DNA from: Bilabrum cf. latius
Lineage: Eukaryota
Assembly: GCA_965178125.1 (NCBI GenBank)
Contig: OZ237753.1
Coordinates: 992,001-1,056,000 of the forward strand
DNA: 64,000 nt
Direction of reading: 5' to 3'
Below, piece after piece: positions 1-12,034 of this stretch. The notes under the pieces are model-generated. The model worked only from the letters and a program-made list of their open reading frames with translations, did not search any database and was not told where the DNA came from. Both the position numbers and the translations under genes were made by a program. Positions within the stretch are counted from its first letter, which is position 1, and each line of letters starts with the position of its first letter.

Positions 1-2599
1 CAGTGGTCCACGCCCGCGCCGTGGCCCTTGCCCAGCACCAGCTCGGGGGCAAGGTACTCGGGAGTACCGCACAGCGTGTACGTCTTGCTGCCCGCCGCCA
101 GCTTCTTGGCGAAACCCATGTCTACGATCTTGATGAAGCCCTGCGCGTCCAGGAGAAGGTTCTCGGGCTTGAGATCCCTGTAGACGATGCTCTTCTCGTG
201 CATGGCGGCGAGCCCTGCAATGGTGCAGGCCGCGTAGAACTTGGCGTGGTCCGAGGGCAGGCAGCCCGTCTCCTGGTTGGACAGCAGCGTGAACAGCTCG
301 CCCCCCTGGACCAGCTCCAGCAGCATGAACAGAGAGTCCTTGTCCTGGAAGGTTTGGATCAGGCCCAGCACGAAGGGGTGGTTAATCTGCGCCAACACGT
401 CCCTCTCGTACTAGATGTTCTTGACCTGGCCGTACTCCACGACCTGAGCCTTCTGCAGCACCTTGAGTGCCATGGCCTCGCCGGAGGGACCGTGCCGGAT
501 CAGCTTCACCTTGCCGAAAGTGCCCGCGCCCAGGATGCGGATCTGCTCCAGGTCGCTGAACCGGATGTCCGTGCGCAGCCTGGACGTGGTGGTGTCCCCA
601 TCCGCGCCCTCACCCGCCGCTCCAGCCGCCGAGGTCGTCTCCTTTGGCTTGCCCTTCCTGGCCTGCACCTTGGCTAGAGACACGCCCACCGCCCGCTCGA
701 AAGTGGGCTTATCGATGGCCAGCACCGCGGTCTTGTCCTCCGTGGCAGTGGCGGAGGGCACCCTGGAGCCGCCCGAGCCCATGAGCGCCTCGAGGCCGAA
801 GCAAGCACCCGCCTCCACCTTCACGCCGCCGTCCAGCTGCACCGCGCCCTGCTTCACCACCATGAAGAGACCGTGACCCGCGGCGCCCCCAGGCTGCACC
901 ACCTCCCCCGCGGCGAATTCCCTACCCACGAGCGCCGCCACCATGCGCTCCTTCTCCTTGTCGCCCAGGTTGGCCAGCTGGGCCTCCGTGCTCACCACGC
1001 GGATGCCCAGGTTGTGGTCCAGCACCTCCTTCAAGGGACCCAGCAGCTCCGTGAATGCCTTCCGGTCCAGCACCATGCACTTGCAGCTCTCCGCGGCCAC
1101 CACGTCGGCCGCCCTCGGCTCGTCCAGGAGCAGAGCCCTCTCGCCGAAGTAAGCACCCGTGGGCAGGGCGAGTTCCTTCCCCTCCGCGCCGATGTTCTTG
1201 CACATGACGCTTCCCTCCTGCAGCATGTAGAACTCCTGCGCCTTGTCTCCGCTCTCGCCCTTGGTGATGATCGTGTCACCGGGCTTGAAGGTCCTCATCT
1301 GCACCGCGTCCGCCACCTGGGCCACCTGCGAGTCAGTGAGGCTCTCCAGGAGGGGTACCTTGCGGAGGCTGGCCACAACCTGCGCCTGCTGGTCCTCCTT
1401 CGTCGAGGCGATCATGTAGCGGAAGGTCACTCGGTCCAGCGCCCACACCCGCGCGGGACCCGCCGCCACCACCGAGGCCGCCCTGGGAGCGTTGTAGAGG
1501 AGCGCCAGCTCCCCGAATGCGTCGCCCACAGTGCGGGAGGCCACCTTGTTGTCGCCCACGAAGATGTCGAAGACGCCCTCCTCCACGACGTACCACTCGT
1601 TCCCGTGGTCTCCCTGCTTGATGATGGCTTCTCCCTTGCTCAGCTTCTTCTCCTTCATGGCCATCACCACGTCCTCGATCTCAGAGGCAGACAGGGAGCT
1701 GAACAAAAAGCCCGCCGCGCCGTCCGGGGACAGAGTCTTGCGGATGATAGACTTGCTGGCCTCTCCCTTGGGATAGACAGGGAGCTTGAAATCCTCTCGT
1801 CGGCTAGCATCGTAAGACTCGGCCATGATCACGCCGCGCTTCTTCTTTGCCTTGCCCGAGGCAGCCCCGCCGGCGGCACCGCTCGGTCGCTTCGCACCGG
1901 CACTGCTCAATCGCTTCGAGCCGGCCGGTGGCTCCCACTGCGTCAAATTCTTCTCTTCGTTCCAGAAAAACACGTCTCCAGACTGCTCGTCAACCTCCTC
2001 GGTCCACCCGGGGGGTAGCGCCCACTCCGGTTCCTTCTTGGGCTTCGAGGGGTCGTCCCACGTGGTTTCATTTGTTTCTTCATTCCCTGCGTATTCGGTG
2101 AGGCTTCATTGACGAGGGCAAACGGGCGTGGCAGTGGTTCATCATGCCAGCGAATCGACATCGACGGGAAACTGTGGCCTTGAGTCTCGTACAGGGGGCA
2201 AAGATGGAATGATTCTGCCTGCCATGACTTGAACACATAGACTAGGAAAACATTATGCCCGAACAAACGACCCTAGCGTGCTTCTGACATGCGACTACTG
2301 AGGGTTCAAGCCCAGCACCGGATCCCGCCAGATCAATCGCGCAGCACACCGGTCGCGAGAGGCACTTCAGTCCTTTCGAGCTCACAGTAGTAGTAATCAC
2401 GACTCTCTTCATCCCAAACAGCCTGCCACTTGCCGGGAAGGCGCGCTGAAATTTCAGCTTCCTGCGAACACCAAGCGGACCCAATCACGACGCGAATCGT
2501 GGTGCGAATGCCTGCTCCCGCAGAGCGATCGCAGTCAACCCAAGCAGCGGAATAGAAATTTTATATTATAAAGAATGATAAACATACCTTATCGGCCAT
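1..2599 (-). CDS. cGMP/cNMP-dependent protein kinase (PKG-like) with two N-terminal WW domains; 3' end runs off the window
   Basis: Exons 2599-2588, 2461-2386 and 2086-<1; introns 2587-2462 (GTATG..CAG) and 2385-2087 (GTGAG..CAG). Spliced N-terminus MADKEAEISARLPGKWQAVWDEESRDYYYWNEETNETTWDDP (WW1), then LPPGWTEEVDEQSGDVFFWNEEKNLTQWEPP (WW2). cNMP domains FGELALLYNAPRAAS and FGERALLLDEPRAAD plus a degenerate third. Kinase motifs LGAGTFGKV, ALK, YRDLKPEN, DMGFAK, TLCGTPEYLAPE. One in-frame TAG (411-413) lies just before the alphaC Glu (QVKNI*YERDVL) and the frame continues. Confidence 0.9.
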
Positions 2600-2750
2600 T
2601 GTATCAGCGCACAGATACTCGGACTGGCGCCAGACTGAGATCAAGGGCCGACATGGATCGGTTGGGGCCTCGTGGCGCCGCACACACGTCGCAAGCACGA
2701 GGTTCCGCAATTGCAAGCTGGAAGGTATACTACCCGCTTGCTGATATGCG

Positions 2751-3311
2751 ATGGCAGGAATGAGCATTCGGATCAAGGTGAGGATTATACCATCCCGCCC
2801 CCGTTGGAGCTGGCAAGCAGTAGAGCTCTCTGATATCTCTGTTGGTGACTGGGCTGAGTCCTTTTGCGCCGAGCCAGCGATAGTCATGCTACGAGGCGTA
2901 GAGGTACCATTGGTTGCGCCAGTATCATTGCTCCAGAATAATGACTCTGTGACATTGGTGGAAGCGAAGTCGATCGGAATGCCGGCTTGGAAACGGACAA
3001 GACGCGGCTGCAGAGCAGGGGCAGGGCGCAAACGCAAGAGGAGGCCTCAGCCAGGTGTAGCAGGCCCGTGCAAGCACGATGGCAGTGCTTTGTCCCAATG
3101 TGATAAGCCAGCGATTGCATGCTTCAAATTACAACCGCCTGAGCAGCCTGCAAAAGACAAGATTGCGGCAGCCACTGTTGCCGCTGCAAGCAGCGGCACG
3201 TCCAGTCGCAAGAAGGCCGGCCGATCCCACTTGAGCATGGCAGCAGCCATGGCATCATTTGGAGCTATGAAGTTGTAGGCGCACGGGCGTGGTCCGCCAC
3301 CGCCAAGCTGA
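2751..3311 (+). CDS. small basic protein with possible coilin-N-like N-terminal domain
   Basis: ATG 2751, in-frame TAG 3276-3278, TGA 3309-3311. N-terminal IRIKVRII..WSWQAV...LRGVEVPLVAPVSLLQNNDSVTLV recalls the coilin N-terminal pattern and is followed by NLS-like RKRKRR. Domain call by eye only. Confidence 0.45.
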
Positions 3312-3511
3312 CCTGTGCGCCAGCCAACGCGTGCATTCCTCCTTCAAGAAGCTCGGAGTTGTAGCAAGGTGGCTTTGACCCTGCCTGCCTCGTGAAGCGT
3401 AATCCAGTGTTTGTTGTTTATGGACACAGGTCGATAGTAGACATGCTTCACGATTCAACAGGCTGTGCGCAAGCCGGAATCTCACCAGTGTAGCACAGTG
3501 CAGTGCACCCG

Positions 3512-5499
3512 TCACCCCCGCACCTTGCCCTCCACTGCCCCGCCCCGTCCTCGCCCCCGCCCCCCCGCACCCACAAGCACGACACCCCCACCGGCACTGC
3601 CCCGCAACTGCGCCACCGCCGCGGCCGCCTTGGGTCCCCCCAGCGCCACCCTCGGGTCGAGCATGGCACCCGGCAGGTCGGCAGCCCCGGGGGCCCGCCG
3701 CGCCGCGATCCCCAGCCGCGACGTGTGCCCCAGCGGGGCGGGGCCCATGGCGCTGGCAGCCGCTGCCCCTATCCTGCCTGTGCCCCTGCCCCTGCCCCCG
3801 CGCCTGCCTGTGCCCCCTGCCCTGCCGCCAGCGCCACCAGTGGCAGCGCCCGCGCGGGCCGTGCTGCCGGCCCCCGCGCCGACCGTGCGGCGCACCGCCG
3901 CCTTGGCCACGGCCTCGCCCAGCGACCGTGTGCCCGTCATGGCCGGCACGGGCACCTCGCCCATGCCCGCTCCAGGGGGCAGCGAGGGCCCGTCCAAGAG
4001 GTGCCTGAACCCCAGCTCGTCCGTCTTGACACCCGCCCGCTGCAGCCTAGTCTCGCAGGCGCCTACCACCTCCCTCAGCCGGTCCTCCACCCTCCTCAGC
4101 TCCCCCTCCAGCTCGGCCACCGCGTCGTCCTTCGCCCTCACCATCGCGTCCACGCCCTCTTCCACCTGACCCGTGGCATCCGGCTCCAGGTCCGCCTGCC
4201 GCAGGGTCTCCCCCAGCTGGGCCATCTTCTTCTCCAGCTCGTCCCCCGCTGCATCCAGCTTCTTCTCCAGCAGCAGCCTCCGGAACCCGCTCTTCTGCTG
4301 GACGTCGTACAGCGCGCCCACGAACTTTTTCTGCAGGTCATCTCTCTCCTGCTTGAGCTTGCCGTGCCTCTGCCGCAGGAGCTCGTGCTCCCAGCGGAGG
4401 GCGTTCACGCGGCTCTCCACGCTGACGATCTGCTCCTTGTGACCCCGCAGCTGCTCCAGCTCCTCCAGATAAGTGTCCCGCTCCTGCCGCAGCCTGCGGG
4501 ACTCCTCCAGCGCCCTGGCCAGCGGAGCGGACATCCTCTTGTTCTCCTGCGCGATGCCCACGATGCGCTTCTCGTCGGCCGCCTCTTTCTTGCTTAGCTC
4601 TGCCACCTCCTCCTTCTTGCTCTTGATCATGTCCATGTTCGCCTGCGTGATGTCTCCGTAGTACGACCGGATGTCCGCGAAGGCCTGGTCGTGCGCCTGC
4701 AGCAGCCTCGCGATGTGCTTGGCCTTGCGCTCCTCCACTCGCCTGACCTGGTCCTGGCGCCGCTGGAACAGCTCGCGGCGGGTCTGGGCGAGCACCGTCT
4801 CGTACTGGGCAGCGAGCTCTCTCGACTCTTGTTCGAAGGAGAGTCGCATGCGGGTGAGAGCCTTGTTGTGCTCCTGCGGCAGGGGGAGCGGGGGAGAGGG
4901 AAGGGGGACGGCACCGAGGGGAGTGACACAGGGTCGCGGGGTGGGCAAGATTCAAAGCTCTCTAGGCAGCGGACGCGATACTTGCGTGCTACTACGACGA
5001 GATAACTCACCAGAACTGCGTCTCGCTTTCTGGCCTCATGGGCGGCTTCGCGTTCCCGAAGCTGGGCCTCCATGGCTCGCAGGTCCTCGCGCAGCTCTGC
5101 TTCACTTTCGCGCTGGGCATCCTGCGTGAGCTTCAGCGACACGACCCCGTCTGTTTTGGACTTTGTAGCTTCTCCCTGGTGCTCGAACAGCAAGTGCTTC
5201 ACGCGCTGCTTCAGCTCCTTGATTTCGACTTGCATTCGCTCGTCTGCATCCTGCAGCTCGCGCTCCTTGTTTCTCAGAGTAGACTTGCGGTCCTCCAAAT
5301 CCTTTTTTGCTATGATCCAAAAATGATTGAGCTTGTCTTTCTGCAGCAGATACTCGTTGTACTTGGCCTCTTCGTCCTCTTTTTGCACAAGCGTACTTTG
5401 GCAGTGATCTGCAAGGAGAAGCCGCTCCATCTCGGCCTTTTCGGCTGCCTCCTCCTCCGGTGACTTCTTCTTTTTACCCTTTTTACCCTTCTTTGGCAT
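3512..5499 (-). CDS. GAS8: dynein regulatory complex subunit 4 / growth arrest-specific protein 8
   Basis: Exons 5499-5011 and 4873-3512; intron 5010-4874 (GTGAG..CAG). MPKKGKKGKK start; motifs KDKLNHFWII, VEIKELKQRVKHLLFEHQ, HDQAFADIRSYYGDIT, VQQKSGFRRLLLEKKL; Gly/Ala/Arg-rich tail; TGA stop; no internal TAG. Confidence 0.92.
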
Positions 5500-5655
5500 G
5501 TTGCAAGCGTAGCTCTCTCGAAATCCTGCAGTTGCTGCAAAACGGACAGATTCAAAATGACACGCTACTCATAATTAAAATGAGATTTGAGCTTGCGACC
5601 GGTGGATGATTTCGATGGCAACGCCCTTTCGTGCGCATTCGCGTGCTGAGTTACC

Positions 5656-7425
<1,770 letters not shown>

Positions 7426-7990
7426 GAGGGACCAGCAGGTGATGTGATTTCCCTGCAAAGGGAAAGGAGGCTAGGCGGAGGGGGGGCGGAGGGGAGGTGT
7501 AGGGGGTTGAGGGGGGTCGAGGGCAGGCTGCCGGCGACGGCGCCTGCTCGGGATGGGAGCTGGAATCGCTCTACTTCGTGCGTTTGGGGGTGGTGTCGCA
7601 TGCTGTGTGTTGGCTTGCGTACGTCCGCAGCGCGACCGTCAGTCTCGGTTTCTCGCAGCCCCGTGATCCGGTGGGATCCGCGGTGGATGCAGTTGCCGTG
7701 GGGGCCGGTCGCGCGCGAGGCGCAAGGTCTGGATCGATGATATGTATGTCTTCGTGAAGTAAGTTACGTCTTCAGCTGTACCTGAGCCAGCCTTTCCGGC
7801 CGTGCCACAGCTTCAAGTGCATCGCGAGGGGGGGCAAGACTGCGTTGTCTTTCCAATGTTGCAACCTCACCTGCGGCCACCCAGATCGGCAACTCGGAAT
7901 CGTAGCTTCGCACGCTCCGCTCTCTGCGGCGCCACTCGCAGAGGCACATCAAGCCTGGCAAATAAATTTGCAATAGAACAACTTGACATT

Positions 7991-10900
7991 ATGGCGTCTG
8001 GTGACGACCGGCGCTCTAAGGCTGCAGAGGCAGCGAAAATCCTAGAGCCGGACAAGAAGCTAACACAAGAGCAACGGCTACGTCTATTTATCCGCGTGGG
8101 CATACAAGGAAATGCAGAGACGTACAAGCAGATTCCGCGCATCAAGATGACAAAAATAAATTTGGACAGGGTGTTCGAGATGGATGTGGCCTTTCTGCAG
8201 GAAGAGTCTAGCGGAGCTGCCCTGTGGCCGCCGCAGTGGAAAGAGCTGTGCTAGCCACCCCCCGAAATGTACTATGTGCGTCCAAAGTACACCCCTATGC
8301 TAGATCCAGATGCTCTAGAAGAAGAAGAGTACCGCGGACAAACTTCGGTGTTTGTCGAGAATGCGCCGCCGGAATGCGGCGAGGCCGAGCTGCGAGCCTG
8401 GCTGGTGGAGGGCATTGCGAACGACGACCCCGAGGTGATTGCGGCAAAGCTAGAGATCGAAGATAGAAATGCACAGATCAAAGCCATTGAGGGCGTCCTG
8501 AGAGCCGACGCGTCTCATGATGTAGACATGGCGGACGACCAGACGATCGACGGCGCGCTTGGAGAGCTGCAGGGCAGGCTCGGGGGGATGCAGGGCAGGC
8601 TGAGGGGGTTCCGCAGGGATGTGATCCAGCTGAAAAAGTACCTTCATGAAATTTAGGCAGAGAAGTCGGGGGCCGTGGACGACCTCTCGTTCTCGCTGGA
8701 GAAGGTGGACACGTTCCAGGTGGTGGACACGGGCACTTGGAGGGTGCGGTTCACAGATGACGCCAAGGGGAAGCGACTTGCGTACGTGGCGGTGCATAAG
8801 CTTGACTGGGCAGAAGTGAAGGTTGCAAGGCCAGCTATCCCGTCCGCGGGGCCCTGTGTGGCCGGCATGTTCGAGCTGCCGGTCCCTGGGTACACGGTGG
8901 TCGAGGTGAACATGAGGAACGTTCGCGTGGTTCGTCTGCGGGAAGGGAAGGGGATGATCAAATTCGCCGACGACCGCGGGTACTTCTCGGGCGGCTTCTT
9001 GCACGGGGCGCGGCACGGCCCCGGGGTGGAGCTGGGTCCCCGGGGCAAGTTCACCGGCAGCTTCCATCAGGAGTTCAGGAGGGGGCCGGGGGAGCAGGTG
9101 TTCGCGAACGGGGACGTGCTGCGGGCGTCCAGCTGGAGGCTGCGGCCCACGCGGGGCAAGCGTAGCCTCATTCGCGGGGACGAGTACTGCGACGGACAGG
9201 CCCACGGGAACGTGCAGGTGGACTTCGCAGACGGTGCGCGGTTCGTGGGCCTGATGCAGGACGGGCGCGTGAGTGGGGAGGGCGAGTACGAGGACTCGAG
9301 CGGGATCTTCTACAAAGGAAATTTCAAGGAAGGGGCGCTGGACGGGCACGGTAGCATGGTGGCGGGCGACATGACGAGGGTGGGGCTCTGGAGGCAGGGG
9401 TGCCAGCACGGGCGCGGTGTGCAGATCGACCTGGTGCTGGGGAAGAAGAGGGGGCACTTCAGGCGGGGCCTGGAGCACGGTGTCTTCAAGTACAAGTGCA
9501 AGGCGATGGAGGGCAGGATGCGGGCGTACTATTGGAATGGCATGCGGCACGGCAGGGGCGTGCTCAACTACGGGAACATCGGCGGAGAGCAGGAGAGCAA
9601 CGGGAGGCAGGAGGAGGAAGAAGGACAGGGAGATGGGGAATAGGATGGATCAGGGGCAGGAGAGGGCCCCGTTGGGATGCATATCGGCGGGATGTCCACA
9701 GGCAAGGACACTAATAACGCCAGCAAGTAGACAGCCCCTGAGGGCCCGCAGCTGCCCCGCATGGCACTGCCACCGATAGGACCTCCATCCCGGGCTGAGG
9801 GCCAGCCGACTGCCGGCCAGTCGGCGCTGGACTCGACAGCCCGGGCAAAGGCCAAGGCCAGGCAGAGGTACCAGTCCAGGTTCAAGTTCCTGCTTCCACA
9901 CGAGAAACCCACGGGCCCGCAGCTGCCCGGCCAGCGCGCTGATGGCCTGGCCATGTCATCGGTGGAGCTTGGATAGGTGGCTGACGGTGTCCTGGGGCCC
10001 GAGGAGGTGCCTGGGGGAGGGAGAGGGATGGGCAGCATCGTGCGCGTGCCACTGCACGAGGCAGCGATGCACATAGACGAGGGCGCGGGGGAGCTGGGGC
10101 TGCTGGAGGCCGAGGAGGAGGCGCTGGCTCTGGGCGCACCTGTCTCGGGGGCTGCGATGAGGAACAGGAGGGAGCTGGAGCGAATGGGGATCGAAATGGA
10201 GAGCCAGGTAAGCGCAGGGGCGAGGTCGATGGAGCTGCAAGCCCTCGATGGTCTGGAGGCGAGCCTGGACGATGCGGGAGCGGCGGCTGCCCACCGCGGC
10301 TCGGGCATCGATGCGCAGATGTCTCGGCTGGCAAATCAGGAGGCGCTCGGTGTGCTTGGCATGGACGAGTGGGAGGCCCGGGAGTTCAAAGAGAAGCAGC
10401 AGAAAGCCGATGGAGTGGGGGAGTACGACAAGTTCCTGGGTGCTGGAGGGGGCAAGGCCAAGGGCCGGGCTGCGCGCGCCTACCAGGGAGACGTCATGTA
10501 CGAGGGCATTTTCCGGGCGGATCGGGTGCGTGCGGGTGGGGTCATGACCCTCCGGATGGGCCAGCTGGCGCCACACATGCACCATCGTTGGTTTGCGCAC
10601 AACAGCGACAACACCAGGTTCATTGAGCTGGTCGACCTGGCCGACCGGGAGGCTGCACTGCGCAAGGGGAGGGACAGGACATTGAGACTGTCGCATGCTG
10701 GAGCGCTGGCCAAGAGGCGCAAATAGGAGGCCGAAAACAGGCGGAGTTTCGCGTACTGGCAGGACAAGGCCAGGAGGATGGACCGGTGGAGGCTTGGGCG
10801 GAACCGCATGCAGCTGAGGGGCGTGAGGGACCTGCGGCTCAAGCTGGCCATTGGAGAGGACGAGTACAGGGGCGACCTCGCGGTGAAGCTGGGGCTGCAA

Positions 10901-11125
10901 GACCTGCAGGAGGGTGCAGATGCCATGAGAGAGGCGCAGGAGAGGGTGGAGAGGGAGAGGGCTGAGGCGGAGGCTCGACGGAGGGCGGAGGAGGGGGAGT
11001 AGGAGGGGCAGAGGGGGCAGGGGGGTGGTAAGGCGGCGCAGTCCAACTATTGGGGAGACGAAGCCGTGCAGGACGAGTGGACCTCTGAGATGCGGCAGGG
11101 GTACGCGAGAGACGATGCGCTGTGA
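7991..11125 (+). CDS. MORN-repeat protein (~1044 aa with TAG read through)
   Basis: One frame from ATG 7991 to TGA 11123, broken only by 7 TAGs (8252, 8654, 9641, 9728, 9974, 10724, 11000). MORN repeats e.g. YFSGGFLHGARHGPG, YKGNFKEGALDGHG, WRQGCQHGRG, WNGMRHGRG; coiled-coil segments. Confidence 0.82.
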
Positions 11126-11250
11126 AGGCAGGACGAGCTGGTCCCGAGAGTGGCCCCGCACAGCGCAGAAAAAGGCTCCTTCGGAACCCGGAACATCGGC
11201 AGCTTGTGGAGCACTGTCTCTGGTATTGAATTGCGTGCGAAAACTCTATT

Positions 11251-11302
11251 TTCTCTCTCTCTCTCTCTCTGTTGACTCAGACATATTATATTCTCTCTCT
11301 CT
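11251..11302. repeat. (CT)n microsatellite tracts
   Basis: CT dinucleotide runs at about 11251-11270 and 11291-11302, intergenic. Confidence 0.8.
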
Positions 11303-11315
11303 GTCATTCATAGCA

Positions 11316-11870
11316 ATGCAAATGGCCATCGGAAGTGTAACAAGGACGCGTTTTCAAGTGGGCGTACTATGCAGACGTCTATGCACGGGGGCTGACAGGG
11401 CAGGCACCGGGTAGCAGGGCGTATCGGACGCGGCAAAGTCTGCTGGGCGCAGAGTTGCTGCAACTGGAGCGGGGATAGCAGTAGCTGTGGCAGCCCCGAT
11501 GCTATGGTATGCATCACAGTGTATAGGGGCATCCCCGCCTGACTATGCTGGCCAGATACGGGGGAAATTCGCTTCAGATAACGGCGAGTTCAGCATAGCT
11601 TTTAACAGATTTAGCATCTGCAAGTTCAGTTTGCCAGGTGGCTCCGAGGGCATCGGACCAGTGAAGAGTTGGGACAAGGACAGCATTTTAGTTCGGTTAC
11701 CACTGACAGAAGGAACTCGAATAAAGATAGAGCACTGGCCCGTTCTGTCCAAGTCGAGCGAGCTTCAGCCTGCCGCTCAACAAGGTGACAGCGACACGTA
11801 GAAGGAGCTGGAGATAGTAGGGGACGAGGATGTCATTGTTGCAGGTGGTCAAGTTCTGTTCCGATAGTGA
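11316..11870 (+). CDS. small putative mitochondrial single-pass membrane protein (~184 aa)
   Basis: ATG 11316; Arg/Thr-rich, acid-poor N-terminus (MQMAIGSVTRTRFQVGVLCRRLCT); hydrophobic segment GAGIAVAVAAPMLWY; TAGs at 11412, 11799 and 11865; TGA 11868-11870. Confidence 0.55.
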
Positions 11871-12034
11871 TGATAAATCGCGACACGCATTATGCATCAC
11901 GTCACGGCACTGCCAGCCTTATGGACTAGATCAAGGCTCGTCGTGGCCGACCCGAAGGGGGGGTGGCCAAGGCACCACGGCATTGCCACATACGCACACG
12001 TATTTCTATTTTCACTGCCAATACTGCTTATGCC

